A stretch of DNA of 36,471 bases from IMG/VR virus record IMGVR_UViG_3300032226_000130, positions 1 through 36,471 of that record; one strand, written 5' to 3'. Made by a program: the position numbers and the translations under genes. This document shows, piece after piece, positions 28,801-33,967 of this stretch. The notes under the pieces were generated by a model, which was given only the letters and a program-made list of their open reading frames with translations, was not told the origin of the DNA and ran no database searches. The stretch is from a virus (lineage: Duplodnaviria; Caudoviricetes). Positions within the stretch are counted from its first letter, which is position 1. The number at the start of each line of letters is the position of its first letter.

Positions 28801-29236
28801 CGCTCGCGAGTATGCTGGTGGTGTTGGCCGTGAGATCACCAAGGCCGTTCGCTATGTGGCCAATAAGGCTACTGGAGAAGAGATCCCAGCTTACTCAGTA
28901 CCGATTGCCGGCAAGCTGTATGGTGAGCTCGATTCACCTTCTGCTGTGGCTGATAAGTTCTACAAGAACGTCAAGGCCATGGCTGAGCATGAGGGTGCTA
29001 TCAAGCGAATCAAAGAGCGTAAGGGTGATGTAAACGACTATCGCAAGGAAAACAAAGAAGCGACAGTCAGGCTCATTAACCGTGCTAACTACGTTGAGAA
29101 TGAGGTTGCTAGGTACAACCGAGAGATTCGCGCTATGTATAAAAAAGAAGAGCCCGAGAAGAACATCAAAGCTAAAAAAGAAAAGCGTGATGCCCTGATG
29201 AAATCGTATAACGAAGAAGTTAGACGGGCCCAATAA
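16892..29236 (+). CDS. Giant DarB-like polyvalent virion protein: amino-MTase + Strawberry-notch SF2 helicase + zincin metallopeptidase + LPD38-like C-terminus
   Basis: 4114 aa; YSTP (~20985), VYEPTAGNG (~21055), ENPPFG (~21240), GDQTGIGKGR (~22280), FDESH (~22725), SAT (~22860), AGSTGLSLHA (~23805), QMLGRVLRTGQ (~23910), HEIVH..SEYWA (~25985-26227), LYAFFNA..QG/PMPLGW C-terminal region. Confidence 0.85.
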   Translation: MQRAVNPQTGEVLFLVNNKWTAPEQTAKNDRGDTAYLVGNQWQIVKNVPLPEPTLSPEEQVMSAPAERGIASIVPRPSTAPKPPSELAPGEELGKGAGAGVIGLKSMWESAGLMKDIGAMSTVQQRQDLFNKIETGQITSTDQLRGLDETSGQARSYLMSDPATREKLRERNVGEIGRRTDFVKASLATIDQYQKDALKYKGRTTDLTDIEGAKDFANWAAYNIGSGAVQLAPLMIAAVTTGGAGVAALGLGMGTGEAISNRLQFLEKRIKDLPPEQKAAEVIDYIKKTGDTSLAVGVVSGALDAVLGPAATLAKRGLGEVVKGETRKEALKAGVKEIPKAMGQEFITGGAQEATQLGGALAEREIDEFFTKENAKKILNAAAAEAIAGSIGGAATTGARVYGADQAIRAKEKRDTEIQALQGRMSELDELLKTVYSQEPPPAATEPAAPPVAPVAPEGGIAGLMPEAPPPAPPAPPAAIVEDEEAPSQDMEAMLREALGATESDTNTVSVGKPLVPTETPVAELDQAQVTAMTDEQLKAQINNINLRDKEYELVKAELDSRQQPPSTKLVQEVLPEPTAKERPSTPVIYNAIIDGYQGNAGKLPKETLTWMTDNGLIKGGSTTPLGQRLMDTVKQAEDAYKSSQGVDVLEAMQRGEPMPIRKSMSMDQVDEVVDKFLAANKPKIAPKPAPAAPAVNPKVQDLLELENQSRENRGQKLMTYAQAEKMVNDDVENNLEFGDFDFSVKQLTEEARNRLKFDSEITAPSTRVNISKTGEMLRGKPFTPDEFDKKAIEIYKQIKAANPDADVDEQIANPNRFHPVKEEANSKGIKIGDLVYRKGESEPDIVTTVYNDRVKLTDRKTGNSGFENIDLVSKEPIPYDYKFNFGYGDIEVNVNEWNNNKNQWQFSMYGPGASDTGFRSELGIQFKGTPGTKEFDNFVEAIVSRSTADRPQQIAKAKKEAEKNMTPEQRKQRREQESAADKERLAKESAESEERTKARNELLGEIQEHMKKNKIGIYSPMPSLKTAMETIEKLKKGNKTDPRAEGWMKGQGIIWTPEKNPQFTRMGKRFVQEVYKLNQKLTEEQRASGTEDATVLKAAVDKANAITEKERKKAIADKQKAIEAQNIDKAKIEQADQDIEKALGDLAMLITKGTRLNMMPEDEQKLMPILTTLMDASFRKGYYKFKEAARYVMDLIRSQLGHDFADEITLDQLQGAYIGMAGRYQDQGASSKKEVIAIESLSEIDEVAGEIEVGEVDINNPSEQFEVAQNLAQFFMEDGEFANINEARKMIADMTGQDIKPGTKESKMADEAIEAGVVMAARNIVDAGRQDKLTSAQIYDKLVDLYERQPNLSGRSSTSIAQQAYSTPAPLAYVASELAGINNSTVVYEPTAGNGMLLIGATEDNIIANELNKDRYEMLSRILEGSEIGNENALDSNVKGADFDVVIENPPFGKAGNISDIDHAIAMHSLEGMKDDGRAVLILGGVQANTEEGRREGYRGKAKREFYFRLYNQYNVVDHFTAGGNMYAKQGTTYPVDVIVIDGVGKSKRGLPAADLPQLITSYEQLKEKLNDRMVSRGDRGTAGTDVSAGTEGRAEPEGVDRGAVGEGKQPSGERRRPAGGGERGVSESESTGGGQREPAGGRAGEVQPRPTDESKRGAEGRPVSSEGKRGEAGGKAGSEGRKPSELGGVSVVSGKRVESGLTERGKQEEETANQVSYKPHSQATAIGTLVPKAMAQAIEDSISRVESEVGNIDEFVAEQLDMDPETLREQFSAEQIDALVLAIRNAETGKGFIIGDQTGIGKGRVVAAMIKYALNTGKIPIFVTEKPNLYSDMIRDLDDIGMTDQLGLDTAKPKIFMTNSSESVPYTLIRTVKGEPVENNLMLKPAKSSGLDEVMKQMVKNDSLGNYKVIFTTYSQLQSVKGKPTERQNFIKHFGAGNYMIFDESHNAGGAGVEPAKAEKEAGVNIGQGRSGFVRNLVKEADGTFFSSATYAKRPDVMDLYSSTDMKLAVDNITQLSDAIKAGGIPMQQTVANMLTQAGQYIRRERTFAGVSYNTQETKVDKDTAENMATSMRDILAFSREKEVVVKRLQKSLDTQGARAGAVTEKTTVQSANFGSIMHNLIDQMLLSLKSQDSVRHAIERLKAGEKVVMTVSNTMGSFLQSYADDMDLKVGDAVNLSFADLYIRYLEKQRMVKITKPGGKKEDYRLTDADLGENLASRYYEILDFIRGAGFGSAPISPIDYMHSELRKAGYKTEEITGRTVTLNYESGKPILTTRSANIKQRVNAVKAFNAGDTDVIILNQAGSTGLSLHASNKFKDQRKRHMIIVQAEKNIDTHMQMLGRVLRTGQVVKPAYSQMMADIPAEMRPAAVLLKKMASLSANTTASRKSAVSAEGAVDFMNDYGGQVAQEYLRDNPGIHAELGGNKLLQVKENTNEASEEDIRKLTGYIPILPIKQQEEVYKDLIERYKDLIEREDSMGSNKLEAKAQDLDAQTISSVAITEDKGEPSIFAQPAYMEKVDVRRTVRPYSRQEVKDQVAEALNGKSAVDYSDDLKRSIREPFKDYFDERIADAKESGADEVKLTAIRSQLTADAEKIKSILDTYRLGTPVSIKNANGVFVYGVVTDIKHKGKTKSPVAGSDWKMTLALANGDAKSLPLTFSQIGGSYTLEEQGQIQYLNPETLQNELIPLYELFDRGATVRREKRWMVTGNILSGFAEVNNMGTILSYTKNDGTTGQGILMPRTFDFEKEKKNAPVKLKTYADVKQFFDKFGRGAIISTPDEVLRIRSEGYDNLKFVTSSSKREGGTFFLDTNLTGIIGDFFKTGSLMTARSSDEARNRKAIEYILNERQDSLIAASNKEEAREMFAPKDIPLSSIKFNNERLSINPAMNIAMDREALIRKYQAVRQKSAAISAKFAKGEAGLDEQKALTFLKQSANDLKEDIKDTKPAGRLAKNFFAKATADWNKDLISDDVYDVIRTLHDKYPEVLEGLQFSIKKQPEGKDVIGDFFPFPRIVRLYKGTTGVVDPEAIRHEIVHSLEQMMEAPAVRALVDDWSDKLGAAIKAEKSAAGQKYFRNVLEMLNSPSLETYQTAIDSMPSMNYYQYLNPSEYWAVNAEKLMARKLGTGWDKFVLAAKRLFEGLKFMFGFDNRYIVQRTFNDIMNSRQERFHTRSLNNYITKESIPLSNMVKNYKGGAGALATWESAEDTSLAKFQYQIVDKQVDTRMVVKSITEQIGDIRDQHDPSLQETLYHSAKSSKIQDFLKDNLRPFVEQMRKMGVEYRDFEHYLHMRHAKIRNHIVAKRNPTMPDGGSGIFNQEVDDYFAGKDNSKLTPADEAKYKELAKTVDNWVEETQDLLISYGLEKPETIAAWREKLPFYVPLKRDPDELDYVTPGSGLGQGFATRGNFSKTATGSYKTVVDVLANIALQREAAIIRGEKAKVGRALYALAIQNPNPNFWKPVNPDAIRNKKKLKEEMASFNLTVAEADALFAEPPSPRIDPATGLVEYKVNPALRNSPNVFAVRVNGEDRFIFFNPGEPRAKRMAEALKNLDANQLEGYLGTVAEATRLIAAMNTQYNPVFGAWNFVRDVFGGTINLASTEIKDKKMQVLAGSIPALRAIFTDLRGMKESYAGIVSDPNQKEWIELWKQFREIGGITGYSEQFSRAKDKASIVEREMARLDRGNARRKADAVLDWLSDYNDAMENAVRLSAFKAGLDKGMTPQRAAFLAKNLTVNFNKKGQATANANALYAFFNARVQGTTRMMEVLVQNKDGKFTMTGVGKKIIAGGMLLGTVQALALLAAGFDGDEPPDFLKDKNLILPTFGIGGEKKYLIVPMPLGWNLFPNIGRELTEYVLINSGQMKGRRKITQTITNIAAQVADMFNPLGAGGIGNMVMPTIIDPVFNVLVTNKDAFGRPISRENRETNPTPGWERSRDNATSLSKALAYGINYLTGGGEYGIGLVSPTADQLDYIAREYAGGVGREITKAVRYVANKATGEEIPAYSVPIAGKLYGELDSPSAVADKFYKNVKAMAEHEGAIKRIKERKGDVNDYRKENKEATVRLINRANYVENEVARYNREIRAMYKKEEPEKNIKAKKEKRDALMKSYNEEVRRAQ
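18405..18423. promoter_or_regulatory. Perfect palindrome ACACTAACA-C-TGTTAGTGT inside the giant gene
   Basis: 9-bp arms; 18403-18420 is identical to 34494-34511. Confidence 0.45.
21606..22001 (+). CDS. Nested overlapping gene (+1 frame inside the giant ORF), acidic helical 131-aa protein
   Basis: SD AAGGAG at 21593-98, 7 nt before ATG; protein-like composition; the host frame here becomes a G/R/E linker rich in GGA/CGA/AGA codons. Confidence 0.7.
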   Translation: MIAWYPEEIVAPPELTSVLVPKGELSQKEWIEALSERVSNLAEKEEDPLEAANEACRNLSLPEVDNANQLGDALVKYNLDLLTNLNVVQKEDPFPAKVSEEKPAARQALKDVSLANWVELALSQVSVSSLD

Positions 29237-29507
29237 GCCCCTTCTCAAAGAATAAACCCAGAGTTTTGCGATGTGCCTCCTCCCACATCTCAACTCTCTG
29301 GGCTTTATCCATCTTAGAGCCTTGGTCTAAGTCACTGTGGCACCTAAAACACAAGGACGCGATTCGGTAATCGTGAGCCTTGAGTCCTCGGCCTTTGCCA
29401 TCTCTGAGCTGGTTGCTGTGTGCGGCCACGACAGTACCGTCATTCGCTCCGCAGTGTTGGCACGGAATCGTCCTCGCCATCTCCAACATCTTCTTGTTCC
29501 GATACAT
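29220..29507 (-). CDS. YbcO/DUF1364-like His-Me finger putative nuclease
   Basis: PCQHCG..TVVAAHSN..GKGRGLKAHD..LCFRCH motifs. Confidence 0.7.
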   Translation of the reverse strand: MYRNKKMLEMARTIPCQHCGANDGTVVAAHSNQLRDGKGRGLKAHDYRIASLCFRCHSDLDQGSKMDKAQRVEMWEEAHRKTLGLFFEKGLIGPV

Positions 29508-29649
29508 CGCGAATCCTAGGGTTGTTTATACAGTCTGCACACTTCCACCTATTGTGCCGTGAATCTATTATCTTTCCACCGTCCAGTGGCTTGGGGTGTT
29601 CACAAGTAGCGCAGAACCTTCTACCCCAGCTCTTCAGATTTTCTAACAT
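29440..29649 (-). CDS. Small zinc-finger protein
   Basis: 69 aa; CATC...WKCADC; overlaps both neighbours. Confidence 0.55.
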   Translation of the reverse strand: MLENLKSWGRRFCATCEHPKPLDGGKIIDSRHNRWKCADCINNPRIRDVSEQEDVGDGEDDSVPTLRSE

Positions 29650-29830
29650 TGCGTTTCCTTTTTTTTATGGCAGCCAGTCCTTCTGCCGGCTCATTGTTTC
29701 GGGCTTCTAACCATTGATTGGCAATCTCATGGGCTTCCTCGGCCAAGTTCTGACTATCCCTCTCACTGATAATGAGAGCGGCCAAGATAAACATAGACGC
29801 CAGATCACGAAGATTGGTGTCATGCTCCAT
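29621..29830 (-). CDS. Hypothetical protein (LRDLA..A.EIA..W.EAR family)
   Basis: 69 aa; TGATG coupling; resembles the LRDYFA family at 35748. Confidence 0.65.
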   Translation of the reverse strand: MEHDTNLRDLASMFILAALIISERDSQNLAEEAHEIANQWLEARNNEPAEGLAAIKKRKRNVRKSEELG

Positions 29831-30057
29831 CAGTGAACCTCAGTATCTTTGCGTTCTCTTCGGGCGCTTCTTAGTGAATCACGAAAGGCCTCGACAGCTT
29901 TTTCTTCGTCATCCATCTCCAGCTCCACAAGCAACTCGCACAACAGCCTACTTAACACAATCACTGGAACGATCACATCATCACACTTGGTGTTCATCAT
30001 GGCAGTGCTTATAGCTTTTGCCATGTCATTTAATTGATCGGTAATATCGTCCATCAC
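29830..30057 (-). CDS. Hypothetical protein
   Basis: 75 aa; stop/start-coupled within the leftward operon. Confidence 0.65.
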   Translation of the reverse strand: MMDDITDQLNDMAKAISTAMMNTKCDDVIVPVIVLSRLLCELLVELEMDDEEKAVEAFRDSLRSARRERKDTEVH

Positions 30058-30326
30058 ATCTCCAGTTCTTTGATTTGATCGGCCAGCACATCGGCCAAGT
30101 ACTTACCGCGAACGGCAATGTGCTCAATCTCTTTAATAGTGTCGATCTCTTTGATGCAATCTTTCAGCGCTTTGTTATATCCTGACTTGAAAGTATCGTC
30201 ACCATCAACGATCATGCAAATAGCGTCCCGCACCATTGATGATGCTTTACGCTGTTTGGCCAGCTCCTTAATTTTGTCGTGATACTCAACGGGTAAGTAG
30301 ACGCTGTAAGGGATAAGTTTCTTCAT
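30054..30326 (-). CDS. Ribbon-helix-helix (CopG/Arc-like) DNA-binding protein
   Basis: Start reassigned to ATG 30326 (SD GGAGG, ATGA coupling); YSVYLPVEYHDKIKELAK..SSMVRDAI fits the RHH pattern. Confidence 0.6.
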   Translation of the reverse strand: MKKLIPYSVYLPVEYHDKIKELAKQRKASSMVRDAICMIVDGDDTFKSGYNKALKDCIKEIDTIKEIEHIAVRGKYLADVLADQIKELEM

Positions 30327-30745
30327 GCTTTCCTCCAAGCTTCGAAGCTAGTTCGTAATTGGTTAAATAAATGACGGGCTTCTTCGTTGGTTTTCAGCTC
30401 TTTGCGAGACTCTATGTCCAAGTAGGATGAGATCCAACTGGCACAAGCCTTCTCGTTCTTCTCCATCAGCCACTCTTTTTGGTGTAGCCACTCCCAAAAC
30501 TCTGGGTCACGGCACAGAATGCCGGCCAGCTTCACCGCATGATCGCCTGGAAACTCATGTTCGCGGTTCATCGGTTGTTCATCATCACCCAGACGCACCA
30601 TCACAACAACGTAGCGCGAGCCTACAAAGTCGCGCATGAGATCGTTGTGCAGCTCGTCAGGGTGGACAGCCAAAGACAGCATATAGCCGTCCTTGGATTG
30701 CTTAAGCCCCGTCTTAATTGCTTCGAACTGGATTGGATCTGACAA
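30323..30745 (-). CDS. Conserved phage hypothetical protein (AGILCRDPEFWEWL motif)
   Basis: Probable TTG start at 30745 after SD GGAG; 140 aa. Confidence 0.65.
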   Translation of the reverse strand: MSDPIQFEAIKTGLKQSKDGYMLSLAVHPDELHNDLMRDFVGSRYVVVMVRLGDDEQPMNREHEFPGDHAVKLAGILCRDPEFWEWLHQKEWLMEKNEKACASWISSYLDIESRKELKTNEEARHLFNQLRTSFEAWRKA

Positions 30746-30941
30746 TTTTTGTCTCCAAGTATTCAATGACGCCCATGGACATGGTCAACTGCTCTTCCAG
30801 CTTGCCAATCTGATCTTCAAGGTTGGCAATCTTTACTTCCAGCTTTTCTTCGTTGCCGTATTGAGCGCAAATAACATCGTTAAGGTTCTTACAAACCCTC
30901 TCCCATTCCCTCATGGTCTTTGGTTTGGCTGATTTATTCAT
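30714..30941 (-). CDS. Small coiled-coil protein
   Basis: Start reassigned to ATG 30941, overlapping the SSB stop; LEVKIANLEDQIGKLEEQL heptads. Confidence 0.6.
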   Translation of the reverse strand: MNKSAKPKTMREWERVCKNLNDVICAQYGNEEKLEVKIANLEDQIGKLEEQLTMSMGVIEYLETKIVRSNPVRSN

Positions 30942-31197
30942 CCCATGGGTCCTTCGCGCTAGAGGCCGCAGGGGCATCCTTCTTGTAGCTGTCGTACTGC
31001 AAGCTAACCTTGCGTTTGCCGTCTTTATCCTTACCCAGCCATGCACTGAGCTTGATCACAATGTGATCTGACTCTGCGTTTTCCAGTAGATCTTTAACCA
31101 AGTCCAGCTCAAGCTTGATATCGCCCTTCATGTCTGGTTGTGCGTCTGTTGTCTTGTAGCCGTTGTTCCACAAAGTACCGCGATTTGGATAGTCCAT
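30934..31197 (-). CDS. Putative single-stranded DNA-binding protein
   Basis: 87 aa; G.LW.N..K...QPD..G.I...LSAW motif, acidic-aromatic tail (DPWDE), adjacent to ERF. Confidence 0.65.
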   Translation of the reverse strand: MDYPNRGTLWNNGYKTTDAQPDMKGDIKLELDLVKDLLENAESDHIVIKLSAWLGKDKDGKRKVSLQYDSYKKDAPAASSAKDPWDE

Positions 31198-31207
31198 TAT
31201 TTACTCC

Positions 31208-31912
31208 TTAAAAAAATGATCGTTTAGCGTTTGCAAAGGTATCCATGACATCTGCATAGACGGCTGGGTTCACCTCTTTGAGCTTTCCATATAAAGGCTT
31301 GTTCACTTGGAACATCTCTTTGAGCTGGTCGGCACTGGTGGCCATGCTGACTTTAAGCTTGGTTGCTTCAACCAACATATCAACCCATGACTCGTCTGTT
31401 GGCGCATCAATTAGGATGGTCCAAGCGGCTGGCTCAACGTGCTGGGGTGGAATGGGGTCTACTCGGCCTTTAACGTGCTTTGTAGGCGGTTTTAGAGGTT
31501 GGACAGGGCTTGGCTTGGGTTCTGCCTTCGGAGCTTCTACAGGAGGCGCTGAATCAATGGGGTCATGTTCGGTGAGCTCCATGGCTGCCATCCAAAGGTA
31601 GCGGCGTTGGTAACTCAAAGAGGCGCCCAAATTTTGGATGGGGTGAGCGCCTTTGAGGTTGGCCTCTGCCATTGGCGAAGTGATCACAATGACTGTGCCA
31701 TCTTCTACATCGGTGATGCACAGCTGGGCATACTCGGTGTTAAATGACACAACACCGCACAGACCAAGCTCGTTAAAGATGTTCTGAACGTGAGGGATAA
31801 AGTCACCCAGTTCAAAGTATGAGTAGCCGGCAAACTTGTTTAGGCCAGACTTCTTCATCTCAGTGTTTTGAAGCTTGACCCGAGCGGCCATGAGTTTTTT
31901 GTGTACAGACAT
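31208..31912 (-). CDS. erf: ERF-family single-strand annealing protein
   Basis: KKSGLNKFAGYSYFELGD and IQNLGASLSYQRRY (ERF GSxxSYxRRY-type motif). Confidence 0.85.
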   Translation of the reverse strand: MSVHKKLMAARVKLQNTEMKKSGLNKFAGYSYFELGDFIPHVQNIFNELGLCGVVSFNTEYAQLCITDVEDGTVIVITSPMAEANLKGAHPIQNLGASLSYQRRYLWMAAMELTEHDPIDSAPPVEAPKAEPKPSPVQPLKPPTKHVKGRVDPIPPQHVEPAAWTILIDAPTDESWVDMLVEATKLKVSMATSADQLKEMFQVNKPLYGKLKEVNPAVYADVMDTFANAKRSFF

Positions 31913-31914
31913 GA

Positions 31915-32151
31915 TTATGGGTTTCTTTCGTTAATTAAGCCGTGAGCTCCGCGCGACCACAGAAGCGCTGTGACTTGGACGGCGCCTTTGGTTATAAGTT
32001 CTGAGGCCGAATAGATATCCATGTTTTGCTTTGGATATCCTGGTCCGACATACACAGATTCATTCCTGTAGTGCGGAACATAAACTATGTTGTTAATCTT
32101 AAAGGCCTTTTGCGCGATCAATGGCGCTGACCCCATTTCGTTTTCTTTCAT
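31915..32151 (-). CDS. Hypothetical protein
   Basis: 78 aa; strong SD AAAGGAGG. Confidence 0.65.
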   Translation of the reverse strand: MKENEMGSAPLIAQKAFKINNIVYVPHYRNESVYVGPGYPKQNMDIYSASELITKGAVQVTALLWSRGAHGLINERNP

Positions 32152-33033
32152 TTATTCCTCCTTTGTTGATAAATACTCTTTGTATTGATTACAGTAGGCG
32201 TTCACAGAGCAGAAGTTCGCGCATCGCGTTCTCTCACCCTGTCTAACTTCTATCTCGTAATCCTTTCCATACTCAGCCACTTTGGCTTGAGCTTCCTCAT
32301 CAGTAGCGCAAACATTCCTAGCTTTGACGCCGCCAATCTTTTTAACCGCATATGTTGTTGGCTTCTCCCACATTTCATCGGGAGTGCATGGCGGTAGTTC
32401 ATCTCCTGTCTCCAAGTCAAATAGAGCGTTGGAGTGTTCTTTGATTCGTTTCTGAATGAAGGCTTCGCGCTCTTCCATTGGCCACAACTGGATCGGGATC
32501 ACCTTGATCGGTGCATCGGGATAGCCGGCCTTGATGCCTGCATCTCTGCGTGACCAGTCGCGGATGATAGCCACGATCTCAAGCTTGGAAACCTTGGTCT
32601 TCTTAACGTGCTCCACAAGCCAAGCGTAGATGTTGAGCTGATACTCCCAGTCAATCTTCTCATTCATCACAGACCATGCGCCCGTAGTCTTGTAGTCGTT
32701 GATGGTGACTGTGCCGTCCTCATTAACAATCTGAAGATCAATAGCACCAGAGATAGACCAGCCATCAATGTTAGCGTGTAGGCGCTCTTCGATCAGGTGG
32801 TTCTCGTCCTTGCCGTGCTCCAAGACGCCATGAATGGCCGTGCCAAAGATAGACCAAACCATCTCTGTAACGTCTGTCTCGATCTTGTCTTCGTGTAGCT
32901 TGCGTAGCTGTACGATGCGCGGTGAGTTCAGCAGCTCTGTCGCTGATATGTTTGCCTTACCCTTAGAGTAAGTCGGACGCTTCATAATGTTTACGAAAGT
33001 TTGGGGTAGGTTGTATTTGTTTGTGATGATCAT
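32152..33033 (-). CDS. PD-(D/E)xK exonuclease (Cas4/RecB-like), recombination partner of ERF
   Basis: FGTAIH, EERL, ISGAID, INDYKTT, QLNIY, C-terminal RC..FC..YC. Confidence 0.8.
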   Translation of the reverse strand: MIITNKYNLPQTFVNIMKRPTYSKGKANISATELLNSPRIVQLRKLHEDKIETDVTEMVWSIFGTAIHGVLEHGKDENHLIEERLHANIDGWSISGAIDLQIVNEDGTVTINDYKTTGAWSVMNEKIDWEYQLNIYAWLVEHVKKTKVSKLEIVAIIRDWSRRDAGIKAGYPDAPIKVIPIQLWPMEEREAFIQKRIKEHSNALFDLETGDELPPCTPDEMWEKPTTYAVKKIGGVKARNVCATDEEAQAKVAEYGKDYEIEVRQGERTRCANFCSVNAYCNQYKEYLSTKEE

Positions 33034-33557
33034 TTGTTTTCCAAATAGTTAATGAAGTCAATCAGTGCCCAGCCGCTAACCATGGTCTTCATCATGATCT
33101 GATTGGTTTTAGTGGACATTCTTCCTTCAACCTCAAAGGTAGAGAGCCGGCCTTCTGCAACGTGGCGGTTTAGCTCGTTGCTTGTTATGTTCAAAATTTG
33201 TCTAACATCATTGAGCTTGTATGCCAATTGGTGCTCTACATACCTTTGAACCAACTTAAACTTCTCTGCCATTGCAAGCTGGGTAATCCTCTTTTGCTCT
33301 TTCTCTTCCTTTTCAATCTCGGCCACGGTCTTACGCGAGGCTATGTTGAACTTGGGATTCTCTGATTTGATTGCCTTTCTCTCTGCGGCCAGCGCTTCTT
33401 CGCGTGTTGGAAAGTGCTCAATCGTTACGTTTGTGATGCCATAAAACCAACCTGAGTGATCCTTATGCTGGCTCAAGCGGTTAAACGTGCTTAGAGATAT
33501 GCCAACATAGAGCAAGTTATTATCCTTGTCAAAATGTCTGTAGAGCTGGGTGGTCAT
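33030..33557 (-). CDS. GIY-YIG nuclease with C-terminal HTH-like domain
   Basis: LYRHF..LLYVGIS..RL.QH..E..AI..ENPKFN; C-terminal YKLNDVRQILNITSNELNRHVAEGRL. Confidence 0.75.
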   Translation of the reverse strand: MTTQLYRHFDKDNNLLYVGISLSTFNRLSQHKDHSGWFYGITNVTIEHFPTREEALAAERKAIKSENPKFNIASRKTVAEIEKEEKEQKRITQLAMAEKFKLVQRYVEHQLAYKLNDVRQILNITSNELNRHVAEGRLSTFEVEGRMSTKTNQIMMKTMVSGWALIDFINYLENK

Positions 33558-33889
33558 TTTGGTAACGGCCTTTTAAGTTCAAATCCAAATATAGCCAGCT
33601 GCTCTTTCAGTTGTTTAAGTGAAACGTGAGAGAAGTTTGGAATTCTCATCATGTCTCTTTCAGTTCTTTGAATTAATTCACGTACTGTGGTTATGTTTTC
33701 GGCTATAAAAACATTCCTTATTCTTCTTGAAACACCCAGTCGGTCAACAGGAAGATCCGGGCCCAAGATTTTGTGACCAAGTCTTTCTGCCGTATCGCTA
33801 GGCAGACTACAAATCCAACAGTCGTTGTACAGCTGCACAAAACAAATTGTGATGTCTTCCACCTTAAACGAGAACTCTCTTCTTTGCAT
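33554..33889 (-). CDS. RNA polymerase alpha-subunit CTD-like protein
   Basis: PVDRLGVSRRIRN..AENI.TV.EL.QRTE.D.MRIPNF...SL aligns by eye to the RpoA CTD ([40 protein letters not shown]). Confidence 0.8.
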   Translation of the reverse strand: MQRREFSFKVEDITICFVQLYNDCWICSLPSDTAERLGHKILGPDLPVDRLGVSRRIRNVFIAENITTVRELIQRTERDMMRIPNFSHVSLKQLKEQLAIFGFELKRPLPK

Positions 33890-33911
33890 TTAACTCTCCT
33901 TTGGTTATAAT
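33884..33911 (+). promoter_or_regulatory. Possible rightward sigma70 promoter for ruvC
   Basis: TTGCAT-N16-TATAAT. Confidence 0.35.
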
Positions 33912-33920
33912 CGGCAACAC

Positions 33921-33950
33921 ATTGTACCCACATAAACTCATGTCTTGCAA
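33921..33950 (-). promoter_or_regulatory. Leftward sigma70 promoter of the early operon
   Basis: Minus strand TTGCAA-N18-TACAAT, upstream of SD AAAGGAG of the alpha-CTD gene. Confidence 0.55.
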
Positions 33951-33967
33951 TACCTTGAAAGAAAAAT

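Noticed and set aside
16892-29236. Virion RNA polymerase or intein in the giant ORF
   Set aside because: No DxDGD-type or T7-like polymerase motifs and no intein HN-C/S/T junction noticed; the motifs found are MTase, helicase and peptidase.
402-29293. Numerous antisense and other alternative-frame ORFs in the track (e.g. 402-824, 19485-19757, 21580-22035, 22711-23181, 27082-27546)
   Set aside because: No SD noticed and shadow-type composition explained by codon bias of the main frame; only 21606-22001 has independent support.
30714-31046. Track start at 31046 (also 30766 and 30338)
   Set aside because: These overlap upstream genes; downstream starts with SD or stop/start coupling (30941, 30745, 30326) fit better.
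32152-33033. Cas4-like nuclease as evidence for CRISPR
   Set aside because: No repeat-spacer array or other cas genes; the ERF/SSB context indicates a recombination exonuclease.
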